IMG/VR virus record: IMGVR_UViG_3300008448_000038
Coordinates: 17,199 to 81,198 of that record
Source of the DNA: a virus
Direction: 5' to 3' (one strand)
DNA: 64,000 bases
Shown: positions 40,578-50,760 of the stretch, piece by piece
Position numbering within the stretch: position 1 is the stretch's first letter
Layout: each line of letters begins with the position of its first letter
Made by a program: the position numbers and the translations under genes
The notes under the pieces: generated by a model
What the model saw: only the letters and a program-made list of their open reading frames with translations
The model's database searches: none
Told to the model about the DNA's origin: nothing

Positions 40578-41254
40578 AATATTTGACATATTTAAATAGT
40601 GGATGCAAGTCTATTTGCGATAATATGTTGTACAGCGCAAACTCTGTTGGTATATCTAAAGATCAATTTTTAATTGTTGCCTTCGACAGAGCAATATTTG
40701 ATTATTATAGCCAACAAGGATACGAGGTAGAATTATTCGAAGATGTACCCGAAGAAACCTACCACAATTGGACATGGGATCCTAATTCAAAGTTTAGAGC
40801 TTTAGTAAAACATAAATGGACATTGCTTAAAAAATATTTTAGTACAAATAAATCATTGATGTGGTTGGATTCGGATGTTGTTTTTTTAAAAAATCCAGAA
40901 GAAATTCTTAAAACTATTACATTACCTACATTTCAGATAGATTATCCAGCCGCATGTATTTGCACTGGATTGATGTTTTTTCCTGATTCTCCGATTTCTG
41001 ATGAAATGCTCGATATTCTAGGAGCACAGAATATCGAAGATGATCAATTGGTATGTAATAATCTAGTAAACTCAAATGGCAATATAAAATCAAATATTAA
41101 ATTTTTTGATTTGAATTTATTTCCAAATGGTGGATATTTTTACGATGCAAAAGGCACTACAATTGAGAAGGCAGTAATGTTGCATTGCAATTATATTGTT
41201 GGTCTAGAAAACAAGATCAATCGCCTTAAACAGTGCGGAGCTTGGTTTGTATGA
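40574..41254 (+). CDS. Nucleotide-diphospho-sugar transferase (GT77-like)
   Basis: WLDSDVVFLKNP, CTGLMF, DDQ, FPNG, HCNYIVGLENK. Confidence 0.8.
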   Translation: MKYLTYLNSGCKSICDNMLYSANSVGISKDQFLIVAFDRAIFDYYSQQGYEVELFEDVPEETYHNWTWDPNSKFRALVKHKWTLLKKYFSTNKSLMWLDSDVVFLKNPEEILKTITLPTFQIDYPAACICTGLMFFPDSPISDEMLDILGAQNIEDDQLVCNNLVNSNGNIKSNIKFFDLNLFPNGGYFYDAKGTTIEKAVMLHCNYIVGLENKINRLKQCGAWFV

Positions 41255-42099
41255 TATTTACAAATGATAATTTAAGACCAAATCCAACTTACCCAACCTA
41301 CCCACCTTACCATACTGGTGATTATATTGAAGATTATTTCTATAAGTGGGTATTTAATAAATCAGATGAATTGCGTAGAGATTATATCGCTATAAGTTGG
41401 ACAACTTTGTATTGCGAAAATAAAGATCAGGGAATTCAAGCGTTTTTAAATAATCTGGATAATAATAGAAGATATTTTACTATTTGTCAGCATGATGATG
41501 CTCCAAGACATAGATTGCCAGATGATACTTTAATTTTTTCTCTTTCTAGGTCTCGGATTGATAACCCATATATTAAAAATCCAATTCCTATACCAGCTGT
41601 TTGTTCAGCTTTGCCCAAACAGCCTGTTTTGGAAAAAGATATTTTTGCTTCCTTTGTTGGATCAATAACTCATCCAATTAGATATAGTTTATATGAGATA
41701 TGCAAGTCTCAAAAAGATTTCTATTTTTCAGGACAAGCATGGTCCCCTTCAATAAGTAAAAATAAAATGGATGAATTTTTGAATATTTCTAATAGAAGTA
41801 AATTTACTCTTTGTCCAAGAGGATATGGAAATACTAGTTTTAGATTATATGAATGTATGCAACTTAATTCAATTCCGGTTTATATTAGTGATGATTTTTA
41901 TTTACCTTGGTCAGACGAATTAGATTGGAATGAATTTTGCGTTATTGTAAAACACGCAGAACTCAATAATTTGCCTTCTATATTAAAAAATATTTCTGAT
42001 GAACAATATAATTCAATGCTTAATAAAATTAAAGTCATTTACAATAATTATTTCTCATTGGATGGTGTTTGTAAAAATATTAAAGATCGCATAATATGA
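41251..42099 (+). CDS. Exostosin-family glycosyltransferase (GT47-like)
   Basis: SKFTLCPRGYG.TSFRLYECM....IPVYISD...LPW....DW. Confidence 0.85.
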   Translation: MIFTNDNLRPNPTYPTYPPYHTGDYIEDYFYKWVFNKSDELRRDYIAISWTTLYCENKDQGIQAFLNNLDNNRRYFTICQHDDAPRHRLPDDTLIFSLSRSRIDNPYIKNPIPIPAVCSALPKQPVLEKDIFASFVGSITHPIRYSLYEICKSQKDFYFSGQAWSPSISKNKMDEFLNISNRSKFTLCPRGYGNTSFRLYECMQLNSIPVYISDDFYLPWSDELDWNEFCVIVKHAELNNLPSILKNISDEQYNSMLNKIKVIYNNYFSLDGVCKNIKDRII

Positions 42100-42800
42100 A
42101 ATTAAGACTAATAAATTATCTGTGGCTATCTGGCAATGAAATCAGAGATAAAGAAGTTTTAGATTCTATAAATTTTAATATTGAGTCAAATTTATTTGAT
42201 GAAATATTGATATTTACTGAACAGACTTCAAAATTAGATATTAAAATACAACGTAATGTCACTTTAACCAATATAACTTTAAGACCTACATTTCAATATT
42301 TGTTTGATTATGTAAATGCATTTCCACAAAATAACTATGTAAATATTTTGTCTAATAGTGACATTTTATTTAATGAGTCTATATTGTTAGCTAAGAATAT
42401 GGATTCTAATGATTTTTATTGTATAACTAGGCACGAATTAGACGGAAATTTATTCAGTGATTCTAGGATTGACGATTCCAAATTCAAAGCATCACAAGAT
42501 GTATGGATTTGGAAGGGTGATTGTAAATTGTATGATTGTGATTTTTATCTGGGATTCCCCGGATGCGATAATGCTTTAGCATGTAAAGCAAAGCATATAG
42601 GATATAAAGTCAAAAATCCATGCTTAAGCATCAAAGTTACACATAATCATAAAAGTGATATTAGATCGGGAGATTCAAATTTAAGTAATTATAAAAATCA
42701 TTTGAATATTATATTCTTAATTTCTCCCACCCATTTAGATGAACCTACATACTGTGCTTATTATAATGAACCATCTAAGGAATATTATATTTTGGATTAA
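42096..42800 (+). CDS. Putative glycosyltransferase-like protein
   Basis: ILSNSDI, SQDVWIW, GFPGCDN, HNH; cluster context. Confidence 0.55.
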   Translation: MKLRLINYLWLSGNEIRDKEVLDSINFNIESNLFDEILIFTEQTSKLDIKIQRNVTLTNITLRPTFQYLFDYVNAFPQNNYVNILSNSDILFNESILLAKNMDSNDFYCITRHELDGNLFSDSRIDDSKFKASQDVWIWKGDCKLYDCDFYLGFPGCDNALACKAKHIGYKVKNPCLSIKVTHNHKSDIRSGDSNLSNYKNHLNIIFLISPTHLDEPTYCAYYNEPSKEYYILD

Positions 42801-42802
42801 TT

Positions 42803-43528
42803 ATGAAAAAAATATTATTTGTTATTGCTAACTATAAAGATTCTAGACAAGCATTTTTTGAAAATTTCTTTTCGCCCCTCAATAAAAAATTTGCTGATAT
42901 CCATGGATATGAATATATCGTATCTAAAGGTGGAGACTTATTTCGAAATAATCCAACTTGGTGGAAGTTTACACTAGTAAGAGATATGATTAATGATGGT
43001 ACTCTATCTGTAGGAGATGAATTGTTACATCTAGATGCAGATATGAGAATTGATAAGTTCGATAAGGATTATCCCTGCGATAAATCGTTCTCAGTGTGTA
43101 TTGATAATGGTAATTCATTTTGTATGGGGTCGTATAAAATGAAAATTAATGATTGGTCTATAAATTTAGTAAATAATATTTTAGACGAGTCTTTGTGGCA
43201 AAAGTGCAGATATGAACCACATTGGCAAGCTTTTAGAGAACAAGCCGCCTTTTATACTCTTTGTGGTATAATTCCGCACAGCTGGATACCGTTTTTAGAT
43301 CTGCCTAATTATGGCTGGCATCAGAATAAAACAGATAATACCAAGTATTCTATAGAGGAATTGCACGCGAACGTACAAGTATTAGGGCCAGAATGGAATA
43401 CTACTCTTTTAGAAGAAGAAGCTGAAATAACAGATCCAGCTCTTATGCAATACAATATTACTAAATCTAAGAAAGCAGATACTATAATAAGACATTTTGC
43501 TGGTGGACAGCAGTGGAGAAATGTATGA
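42803..43528 (+). CDS. GT34/MNN10-like glycosyltransferase
   Basis: FADIHGYEY, PTWWKF, HLDAD, REQAA, EWN, IRHFAG. Confidence 0.7.
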   Translation: MKKILFVIANYKDSRQAFFENFFSPLNKKFADIHGYEYIVSKGGDLFRNNPTWWKFTLVRDMINDGTLSVGDELLHLDADMRIDKFDKDYPCDKSFSVCIDNGNSFCMGSYKMKINDWSINLVNNILDESLWQKCRYEPHWQAFREQAAFYTLCGIIPHSWIPFLDLPNYGWHQNKTDNTKYSIEELHANVQVLGPEWNTTLLEEEAEITDPALMQYNITKSKKADTIIRHFAGGQQWRNV

Positions 43529-44514
43529 AAATTCTTTATATTACAACTGATGAAAATAAAAATCTACATCAAGTGGATCGCGCTCAAGGGGATTATATGG
43601 AAAATTTAATCCTTCTTGGACTGCGTAAATTACTTAAAGAAAACTGTGTAGAATACCCAAGAAAGAAAATATTATACCATGATTTTACCTCAGTTCCAAA
43701 AAGTTCATTGCATGGTCGTGGATTCTCGCTATACCACGAACCAATGGAAGAAATACCCGACCACTGTAGAGATTTAACAAATCAAACTTTTGATGTTATT
43801 TTGTATGGAACTGCATTTGCATGGGGAATGCAAGATATTCCAGAATTGGAAAAAAAATGTAAATTAAAATTTTATATTGATGGCCACGATTTATATGGCC
43901 ATGCAACAGCAGGAAATTATATCAAATATAATAATGAGGTTTTGATTGGCAATCAAGCTAAACCTTCATTTAAAGAACAATTAATATTAGAAGAGCCGCA
44001 TGTTTATCCCACTGGAGTCGGTTTACCAGAAAGTAGAATAATGCCTATTGATTTAAGCAAAAAGTGTCAATTATATCAAAAAGCATATCCGCGAATGGCT
44101 AATTTTGAAATTCCAAACGAATTTAATAGAGCGCATCATATTTTTACTGACGAAGAAGCTTACTATGAAGATATGGCAAAATCTTGGTTTGGTTTATCAT
44201 GTAGACGCGGAGGGTGGGACGCAATGAGAAATTATGAAATTATAGCAGCTGGATCAGTTTTGTTGTTTAGAGATCATTATTTAAAACCAAGATATTGTTC
44301 TCCCGGAGATTGTCCAGCTATTTCGTACTCTACAAAAGAAGAGTTAAATCAAATTATGTCAACTTTGGTAGTTAATAATAAACCCACTGATGCTTATATA
44401 AATAAGTTGAACGAACAACGAGTGTGGTTAGTAAACAACGCTACATGCGTTGCTAGAGCTAAATTTGTCTTAAGTGTATTGGAGAAATATATTAATGGCG
44501 AAATTAAATATTAA
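43525..44514 (+). CDS. Putative glycosyltransferase (GT-B-like C-terminus)
   Basis: YYEDMAKSWFGL...GGWDAMRNYEIIAAG; YIDGHD. Confidence 0.6.
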   Translation: MKILYITTDENKNLHQVDRAQGDYMENLILLGLRKLLKENCVEYPRKKILYHDFTSVPKSSLHGRGFSLYHEPMEEIPDHCRDLTNQTFDVILYGTAFAWGMQDIPELEKKCKLKFYIDGHDLYGHATAGNYIKYNNEVLIGNQAKPSFKEQLILEEPHVYPTGVGLPESRIMPIDLSKKCQLYQKAYPRMANFEIPNEFNRAHHIFTDEEAYYEDMAKSWFGLSCRRGGWDAMRNYEIIAAGSVLLFRDHYLKPRYCSPGDCPAISYSTKEELNQIMSTLVVNNKPTDAYINKLNEQRVWLVNNATCVARAKFVLSVLEKYINGEIKY

Positions 44515-45244
44515 TGAATTCACAATTTGCTTACATTGTGGATGCAATAGAGAATTGGTTGACAATCAAATCAAAGATCTAAAGCCCCTTGAATCTACTT
44601 ATAAAGTACATTGGAATAACCGAATAGATCGGTATCCAAAAATGTATCCCACATATTCACAATTAATAAATCATTCTGTTGTTACTTCTCCCACTGAATG
44701 GGTCATTTTAATAAATGACAGATGCTCCCCAAAACCACAAGAAATAGAAAAAATGATTCATCTTTTGGAAAATGGATTTGGATGTGTTTTGTTTTATGGT
44801 GTTGGTTTTATGGGATTTTCAAAAGAATTAATAAGACAAATTGGTTGGTGGGATGAAAGATTTATTCAGGGATGGGAAGATAGAGATTGGGTTTGGAGAC
44901 TGCAAATAAACGATATAGCTCTTTATGAAAGTTGCGAAGCTGAATATGATTATAGCTGGAGATCACCCTTAAATCATCCAGCAGGACAATGCAGAGAAGA
45001 ACATTTAAAATTAAAATATTATTTTGATTCAAATATAGTTTATGTAAATTTACCAGAAGAAAAATATCAACATTGGGATCTATTTATTGGAGATTCAAAA
45101 GAAGAAATAAAAAATTCATGGATGGCTTGGAATAAATCTATATTAAATTTAGGATATGATAAACCAAATGGTGGATTTGCAGGATCGCAATATTTTAAAA
45201 ACAGAAAGATAATAAAAAACTATGAAAATGATAAAAATAACTGA
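44495..45244 (+). CDS. Glycosyltransferase, GT2/GT7C-like
   Basis: WVILIND, IGWWDERF.QGWEDRD. Confidence 0.7.
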   Translation: MAKLNINEFTICLHCGCNRELVDNQIKDLKPLESTYKVHWNNRIDRYPKMYPTYSQLINHSVVTSPTEWVILINDRCSPKPQEIEKMIHLLENGFGCVLFYGVGFMGFSKELIRQIGWWDERFIQGWEDRDWVWRLQINDIALYESCEAEYDYSWRSPLNHPAGQCREEHLKLKYYFDSNIVYVNLPEEKYQHWDLFIGDSKEEIKNSWMAWNKSILNLGYDKPNGGFAGSQYFKNRKIIKNYENDKNN

Positions 45245-45845
45245 TAATTTGACTATGGTAGATGAATCGCATTTAGGTGGATTTTTAATAGAAAGTGATC
45301 CAGCTACTTTTACACCAAATTTATGGAAACATTTGTGTGAAACATATAAAATTGAAAAGGTAATTGATGTTGGTTGTGGAATGGGATATGCTATAAAAGA
45401 ATTTTTAAAATATTCTAAAAAAGTAGTTGGAATAGATGGATCAGAATATGTTAAAAATAATAGTTCTTTTTCAGATAATATTGTACTCCATGATTTTACA
45501 AAAGGAAAATATTCATTAGATGAAATCTATGATCTCTGCTGGTCTTCAGAATTTTTAGAGCATGTAGAAGAAAAATATATGGACAATTATTTTTCTGTTT
45601 TTATGAAAGCAAAATATTGTGCTGTTACTTACGCAAATAAAGGACAATCTGGCCACCACCATGTAAATTGCCAAGATGAAAAATATTGGATTGAAAAATT
45701 TAAACAATATGGATTTAAATTTTTAAAAGATGATACAGAAATATTAAAAAATAAGGCATACGAAGACGCATTATCTTACAATCCACTATATAATGATAAT
45801 CATTTTTATAACAGAGGTTTGTTTTTTGAAAACATTAAACTATGA
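45222..45845 (+). CDS. Class I SAM-dependent methyltransferase
   Basis: VIDVGCGMG, GIDGS, EFLEHV, GHHHVN. Confidence 0.85.
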   Translation: MKMIKITDNLTMVDESHLGGFLIESDPATFTPNLWKHLCETYKIEKVIDVGCGMGYAIKEFLKYSKKVVGIDGSEYVKNNSSFSDNIVLHDFTKGKYSLDEIYDLCWSSEFLEHVEEKYMDNYFSVFMKAKYCAVTYANKGQSGHHHVNCQDEKYWIEKFKQYGFKFLKDDTEILKNKAYEDALSYNPLYNDNHFYNRGLFFENIKL

Positions 45846-46843
45846 ATAATACCAAAAATATTTTAATAACTGGTGGTCTCGGTTTCATCGGTGCACATTC
45901 AATTGAAAAATGGAAAAATGAAGGTTGGGAAATAACCGTTATTGATAATCTTTCCTCTAATGCAATTGAAACAAACCACCCATTAACAGAAAACGTTAAA
46001 CTAATAATCCAAGATATTACAAAGGCTGATTGGAAAACTCTTCCAAAATTTGATCTCATTCTACACTTGGCATCCCCCGTAGGACCACTGGGTGTACTAA
46101 AGCATAGTGGAACAATGGCCCGAATAATTTTAGATGACATATATTCAGTTATACAGGGAGCAAATTATAATAAATGTCCTTTACTTTTTGTCTCTACTTC
46201 TGAAATATATGGCTATAGAGATCATAAAAGCTACCTCCAAGAAAAAGATGACAAAGTACTTCGTGGAGACTTTACTGTTAGAAATGAATATGCTATGGCA
46301 AAATTGTTGTCAGAGATTGTTCTCTCTAATCATGCCAAGATCAATAGTTCTTTTAAATATCAAATTATTAGACCATTCAATGTAACAGGAAAATATCAGT
46401 TACCAGATGGTGGATTTGTGCTTCCTAGATTTGTGGATCAAGCACTAAAGAATCAAGATATTACTGTGTATTATTCAGGTCAACAGTTGCGCGCTTTTAC
46501 ATGGGTTAAAGATATTGTTAATGGCATTTATTTGACATCAATAGCACCCGAAAGCAAATGGAATCAGGAATGGAATATTGGAAATGAACTCAACGAACAA
46601 ACTATTCTTTATCTTGCAGAAAGAGTAAAAGAATTCACAAACAGCAATTCAAAAATTGTACATGTTGATCCAAAAGATCTTCATGGTGCTTTGTTTGCTG
46701 AAGCTCCTGAAAAAATCCCAAATAGTGAAAAAATTAAATCTGAACTCGGGTGGAAGCCAACTAAATACGTTGATGACGTAATACATGAAGTTGTGAATTT
46801 TTATAAAGATAAGATTGATGCAAAAGTTACAAAACATATTTAA
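45842..46843 (+). CDS. NAD-dependent nucleotide-sugar epimerase/dehydratase/decarboxylase
   Basis: TGGLGFIG, HLAS, STSEIYG, YAMAK, RPFN. Confidence 0.9.
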   Translation: MNNTKNILITGGLGFIGAHSIEKWKNEGWEITVIDNLSSNAIETNHPLTENVKLIIQDITKADWKTLPKFDLILHLASPVGPLGVLKHSGTMARIILDDIYSVIQGANYNKCPLLFVSTSEIYGYRDHKSYLQEKDDKVLRGDFTVRNEYAMAKLLSEIVLSNHAKINSSFKYQIIRPFNVTGKYQLPDGGFVLPRFVDQALKNQDITVYYSGQQLRAFTWVKDIVNGIYLTSIAPESKWNQEWNIGNELNEQTILYLAERVKEFTNSNSKIVHVDPKDLHGALFAEAPEKIPNSEKIKSELGWKPTKYVDDVIHEVVNFYKDKIDAKVTKHI

Positions 46844-47438
46844 AAAAATAAGTCCGGGATTCTTTTTCGAAGCAGGAGCCAATAATGGCGTTGATGAAAG
46901 CAACACTTTGTTTTTGGAATTGAATGGATGGGATGGTATTTTAGTTGAACCAAATCCAATAAAATACAAAGAATGCTGCCACAATAGAAAAGTAAAATCA
47001 CTACACGGTGCGCTAGTTTCTAGTGATTATAAAGGCTCTACTATTAGTGGTAATTTTTTACGAAACGATAGAAATAGTTTGATGTGTTCAATATTTGATA
47101 TACCAGAGTACTTTTCAGAACACCAAAGACAAGAAGTATACGGAAAAATAGCTGAAGGTTCAGTAGAAGTACCAGCCTTTACATTAGAATCTATATTTGA
47201 TACGAACAATATTGAACAAGTAGATTTTTTATCTTTAGATCTAGAAGGCTACGAAGTAGCAGCATTAACTGGATTAAATTTTGATAAGATAAAGCCCTCA
47301 TACATATTGATCGAAACCGCAAATAATCCCAAATATCAACAATATACTTTGGATTTTTTGACTGCAAAGGGATATAAGTATTTTGAAAAAATTTCTGGTA
47401 ATGACGATCTTTTTATATTAAATGAAAGTATTTTATGA
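46818..47438 (+). CDS. FkbM-family methyltransferase
   Basis: FFEAGANNG, WDGILVEPNP, DFLSLDLEGYE. Confidence 0.9.
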   Translation: MQKLQNIFKKISPGFFFEAGANNGVDESNTLFLELNGWDGILVEPNPIKYKECCHNRKVKSLHGALVSSDYKGSTISGNFLRNDRNSLMCSIFDIPEYFSEHQRQEVYGKIAEGSVEVPAFTLESIFDTNNIEQVDFLSLDLEGYEVAALTGLNFDKIKPSYILIETANNPKYQQYTLDFLTAKGYKYFEKISGNDDLFILNESIL

Positions 47439-48142
47439 AAATTATTTCTCCGTGTTTTACACATAACAGAGCTTTTGCAAATCCATTAATAGACAGTCTT
47501 AAAAAGTATTCACCTGAATACGCCGATAATCTTATTTTATATACAGATGGTTCTGTAAATACAGATTTTTATCATACTAAAATGTTTCATGCATGTGAAA
47601 CATTAAAAAAGATAAATGATGAAATTGTCATTTTAGTGGATGCATTTGATGTTTTAGTTAATAAACCTCTTTCAGATGTTGAAGAAGAATTCAAATCACA
47701 TAATTGTAAATTATTAATATCGGCAGAGGCAAATTGTTTTCCATTCAAACAATATGAATCATTTTTAGCTTCAAAATCCAATACAAGATTAAAATTTCCA
47801 TGTGCAGGATGTTGGATTGGATATAGAGAATATATGATTGAATTGTTTGAAAGTCCTCTTTCTGTACAAAATCATATGAATTGGAGAAGATACACAGACC
47901 AAGGTTTCATGGAAACAATATATTATAATTCTTTTAGCGATCCTTATTTTTCAGTAAAAATTGATACTGATGCAAAAATTTTCATCAATACATTTTTGTT
48001 AGAACCTGAAATTGATTTTTCCATAAATCCAACTACAAAACAATTGACGTACAAGGAAACAAATAATATTCCTTATTTTATTCATTTTAATGGTGATGGT
48101 AAAGCGCATATGCCGCTTTTTAATGTAAAATATTGTGCTTGA
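47435..48142 (+). CDS. PLOD/LH3-type glycosyltransferase domain protein
   Basis: LVDAFDV, LLISAEANCFP, GCWIGY, DQ, IDTDAKIF, PYFIHFNG.GK. Confidence 0.8.
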   Translation: MKIISPCFTHNRAFANPLIDSLKKYSPEYADNLILYTDGSVNTDFYHTKMFHACETLKKINDEIVILVDAFDVLVNKPLSDVEEEFKSHNCKLLISAEANCFPFKQYESFLASKSNTRLKFPCAGCWIGYREYMIELFESPLSVQNHMNWRRYTDQGFMETIYYNSFSDPYFSVKIDTDAKIFINTFLLEPEIDFSINPTTKQLTYKETNNIPYFIHFNGDGKAHMPLFNVKYCA

Positions 48143-48149
48143 TTTAATA

Positions 48150-48177
48150 TTGACTAATTGCGAATAATTTTTATAAT
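48150..48177 (+). promoter_or_regulatory. Sigma70-like promoter, leaderless
   Basis: TTGACT-N16-TATAAT, then 6 nt to ATG at 48184. Confidence 0.7.
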
Positions 48178-48183
48178 ATAAAA

Positions 48184-50760
48184 ATGAATTATAGACAAAA
48201 AATTGTAATAACTGGCGGTCTTGGATATATCGGAACTGAACTATGTAAACTATATTCAGGAGAGGCTAGATTCAAAAATATTGTTATTCTTGACACTAGA
48301 TTTGTTTCTGAAAGAGTTAAACAACTTAGAGATTGGGGAATTGATTTCCATCAAGTCTCAATCTTAGATAAAGATAATCTACAATCGCATCTAGCTGATG
48401 CAGATGTTGTATTTCATCTTGCTGGAATTACTGATGTAGCTTATGTAAAAACCGAATCAGATCCAGAAAAGGATAGTCTTATCACGAAAACTGCTGTGGA
48501 AGGTACAAGAAATGTTATAAACAGCGTTTCTAAGAATTGTAAAATTGTTTTCCCATCAACCCATGTAGTTTATGAGGGGTTTGCTGAGACTAAACTTGAT
48601 ATATTAGAAACAGAGCCTCCATGCCCAGTATTAACTTATGCCGCTGGAAAAGTACAGTCAGAAGAGGATTTTAAAAATTCTGATCTAAACTACGTTATTC
48701 TTCGTCTTGCATCAGTATATGGATATTCAACCGATACAATGCGTCTAGGAATAATGCCAAATCTATTTTCTAAGATTGCATCCCAAAATGGGACTATTAA
48801 GCTTTTTTCTGGTGGCGTACAAGTAAAAAGCTTAGTTCCATTACAAGATGTGGTTCGTTGTATGAAGTATATGGCGGAAAATAATACAATAAGCAGAGAA
48901 ATTTTCCATCTCGCAAAAGAAACTACAACTGTAAAACAAGTTGCAGAACTTTGTAAAGAAATCAATCCATCTCTGCAAATAGTAGAAACTAATGATGAAA
49001 TTCCAAATTTGGGATATACAATATCAAATGCTAAACTACTAGCCACAGGATTTACTTTTAGATATTCTTTAAAGGAATGTTTAAAAGAAATGATTTGCAA
49101 TTGGTCTAAGAAGGATATAAATCCTGCTCTTGAATATATTGATCGTGGTGGAAAGGAGTTTATCGATGCTCGGGGAAAGATTTTGAATTATGAACTGACT
49201 GAGCCTATTAATCTTATCGGATATATCGAATCAAAGAAAGGCACGGTCCGCGCTAATCATTATCACCCAATACAAGAGCAGAAATGTCTGTTGGTAAAGG
49301 GTCAATATATTAGCGTTATTAAAGATTTGTCAATTCCGGATGCACCTATAGAAACCCGTGTTATAAATGAGGGTGATATAGCAATTATTAAACCGAATGT
49401 AGCTCACGCCATGATCTTTACGGAGGATTCTATATTTTTAAATCTGGTTCGTGGTGAAAGAGAACATGCAAATTACGGCATATCGCATACTATTCCCTAT
49501 ATTCTTGTCGATGAAGAAATGAGAATTAAGTTATTATCTTCATACAAAATAACATGTAGATGCTGTGGCAATAAACATCTTGAACGAGTTATTTCTTTGG
49601 GAGAATCTCCATTAGCAAATAATCTGAAAGATTCGATTGATGCTAAAGAAGACAAATATCCCCTTGAAATGAATTATTGCCCTAAATGCCATAATTGTCA
49701 GCTTTCAGTGTCTGTACCACCAGAAAAAATGTTTGATAATTATCTTTATGTTTCATCAACTTCTCCAATTTTTAGAAAACATTTCGAAGATGCGGCTAGA
49801 GAATATATTGATGAATTTAATCTAAATTCATCTACTTTAGTGGTTGATATAGGAAGTAATGATGGTATAGCTTTAAAGCCTTTGGCCGAAAATGGAATTC
49901 CAGTTATAGGAATAGAACCAGCCAAGAATGTCGCAGAAATTGCAAATACAAACGGCATTCGTACTTTAAATAAGTATTTTGATGACGAGGCCGTAGAGTC
50001 TTTGTTGTCTATAGGTAAGGCAAAACTTATTACTGCCTCTAATATGTTTGCTCATTCTGATAAACTAGCGGAAATAGCAAATAATGTTTTTAAAGTTTTA
50101 GATGACGATGGTACATTTGTAATTGAAGTGCAGTATTTAAAGGATACATTGAACGATGTTACCTTTGATAACATTTATCACGAACATTATAATTATTGGA
50201 GTGTTATTTCTTTAAATAATTTCTTTAATAATTTGGGATATGTTGTTTATAAAGTAAATCACATTAATACTCATGGTGGATCGATTCGGGTTTACATCGC
50301 TAAGAATCCGAAAACTATTGATGCAAGCGTCCATGATTTTATTGATGCAGAAAAAATATTTGGTTTAACAAATTTTCAGACATACGCTATTTTTGCGAAA
50401 AAAATAGAAACTATTAAAAATAATGTTATTTCAAACATAAAAATGTTGAAGTCAAAATATGGAAGTATTTGTGCTTATGGTTCACCAGCAAAAGCAACAA
50501 CGGCTTTAAATTATTTTAATATAGGCAAAGATTATTTTGATTATACTATCGATGATAATGCATTAAAGAATTTAAAGTTTATTCCCGGCGTAAATATTCA
50601 AATTCAAAATCGTGAATATTTTAAATCTAATAAATCTAAAGTTGTAATAGTATTAGCTTGGAATTTCTTCGAATCTATTAAAAATAATAATAAAGAATAT
50701 ATTGATAATGGCATTGTTTTCTTGAATATTAAAAATCTAGAAAATTTAACTGATTTATGA
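48184..50760 (+). CDS. Three-domain sugar biosynthesis enzyme: SDR epimerase/reductase + cupin + NDP-hexose C-methyltransferase
   Basis: TGGLGYIG and YAAGK; DARG..RANHYH..VAH; CRCCG..LG..PLAN..CPKC, DIGSNDG, IYHEH, THGGSIR, YGSPAK, LAWNF. Confidence 0.88.
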   Translation: MNYRQKIVITGGLGYIGTELCKLYSGEARFKNIVILDTRFVSERVKQLRDWGIDFHQVSILDKDNLQSHLADADVVFHLAGITDVAYVKTESDPEKDSLITKTAVEGTRNVINSVSKNCKIVFPSTHVVYEGFAETKLDILETEPPCPVLTYAAGKVQSEEDFKNSDLNYVILRLASVYGYSTDTMRLGIMPNLFSKIASQNGTIKLFSGGVQVKSLVPLQDVVRCMKYMAENNTISREIFHLAKETTTVKQVAELCKEINPSLQIVETNDEIPNLGYTISNAKLLATGFTFRYSLKECLKEMICNWSKKDINPALEYIDRGGKEFIDARGKILNYELTEPINLIGYIESKKGTVRANHYHPIQEQKCLLVKGQYISVIKDLSIPDAPIETRVINEGDIAIIKPNVAHAMIFTEDSIFLNLVRGEREHANYGISHTIPYILVDEEMRIKLLSSYKITCRCCGNKHLERVISLGESPLANNLKDSIDAKEDKYPLEMNYCPKCHNCQLSVSVPPEKMFDNYLYVSSTSPIFRKHFEDAAREYIDEFNLNSSTLVVDIGSNDGIALKPLAENGIPVIGIEPAKNVAEIANTNGIRTLNKYFDDEAVESLLSIGKAKLITASNMFAHSDKLAEIANNVFKVLDDDGTFVIEVQYLKDTLNDVTFDNIYHEHYNYWSVISLNNFFNNLGYVVYKVNHINTHGGSIRVYIAKNPKTIDASVHDFIDAEKIFGLTNFQTYAIFAKKIETIKNNVISNIKMLKSKYGSICAYGSPAKATTALNYFNIGKDYFDYTIDDNALKNLKFIPGVNIQIQNREYFKSNKSKVVIVLAWNFFESIKNNNKEYIDNGIVFLNIKNLENLTDL

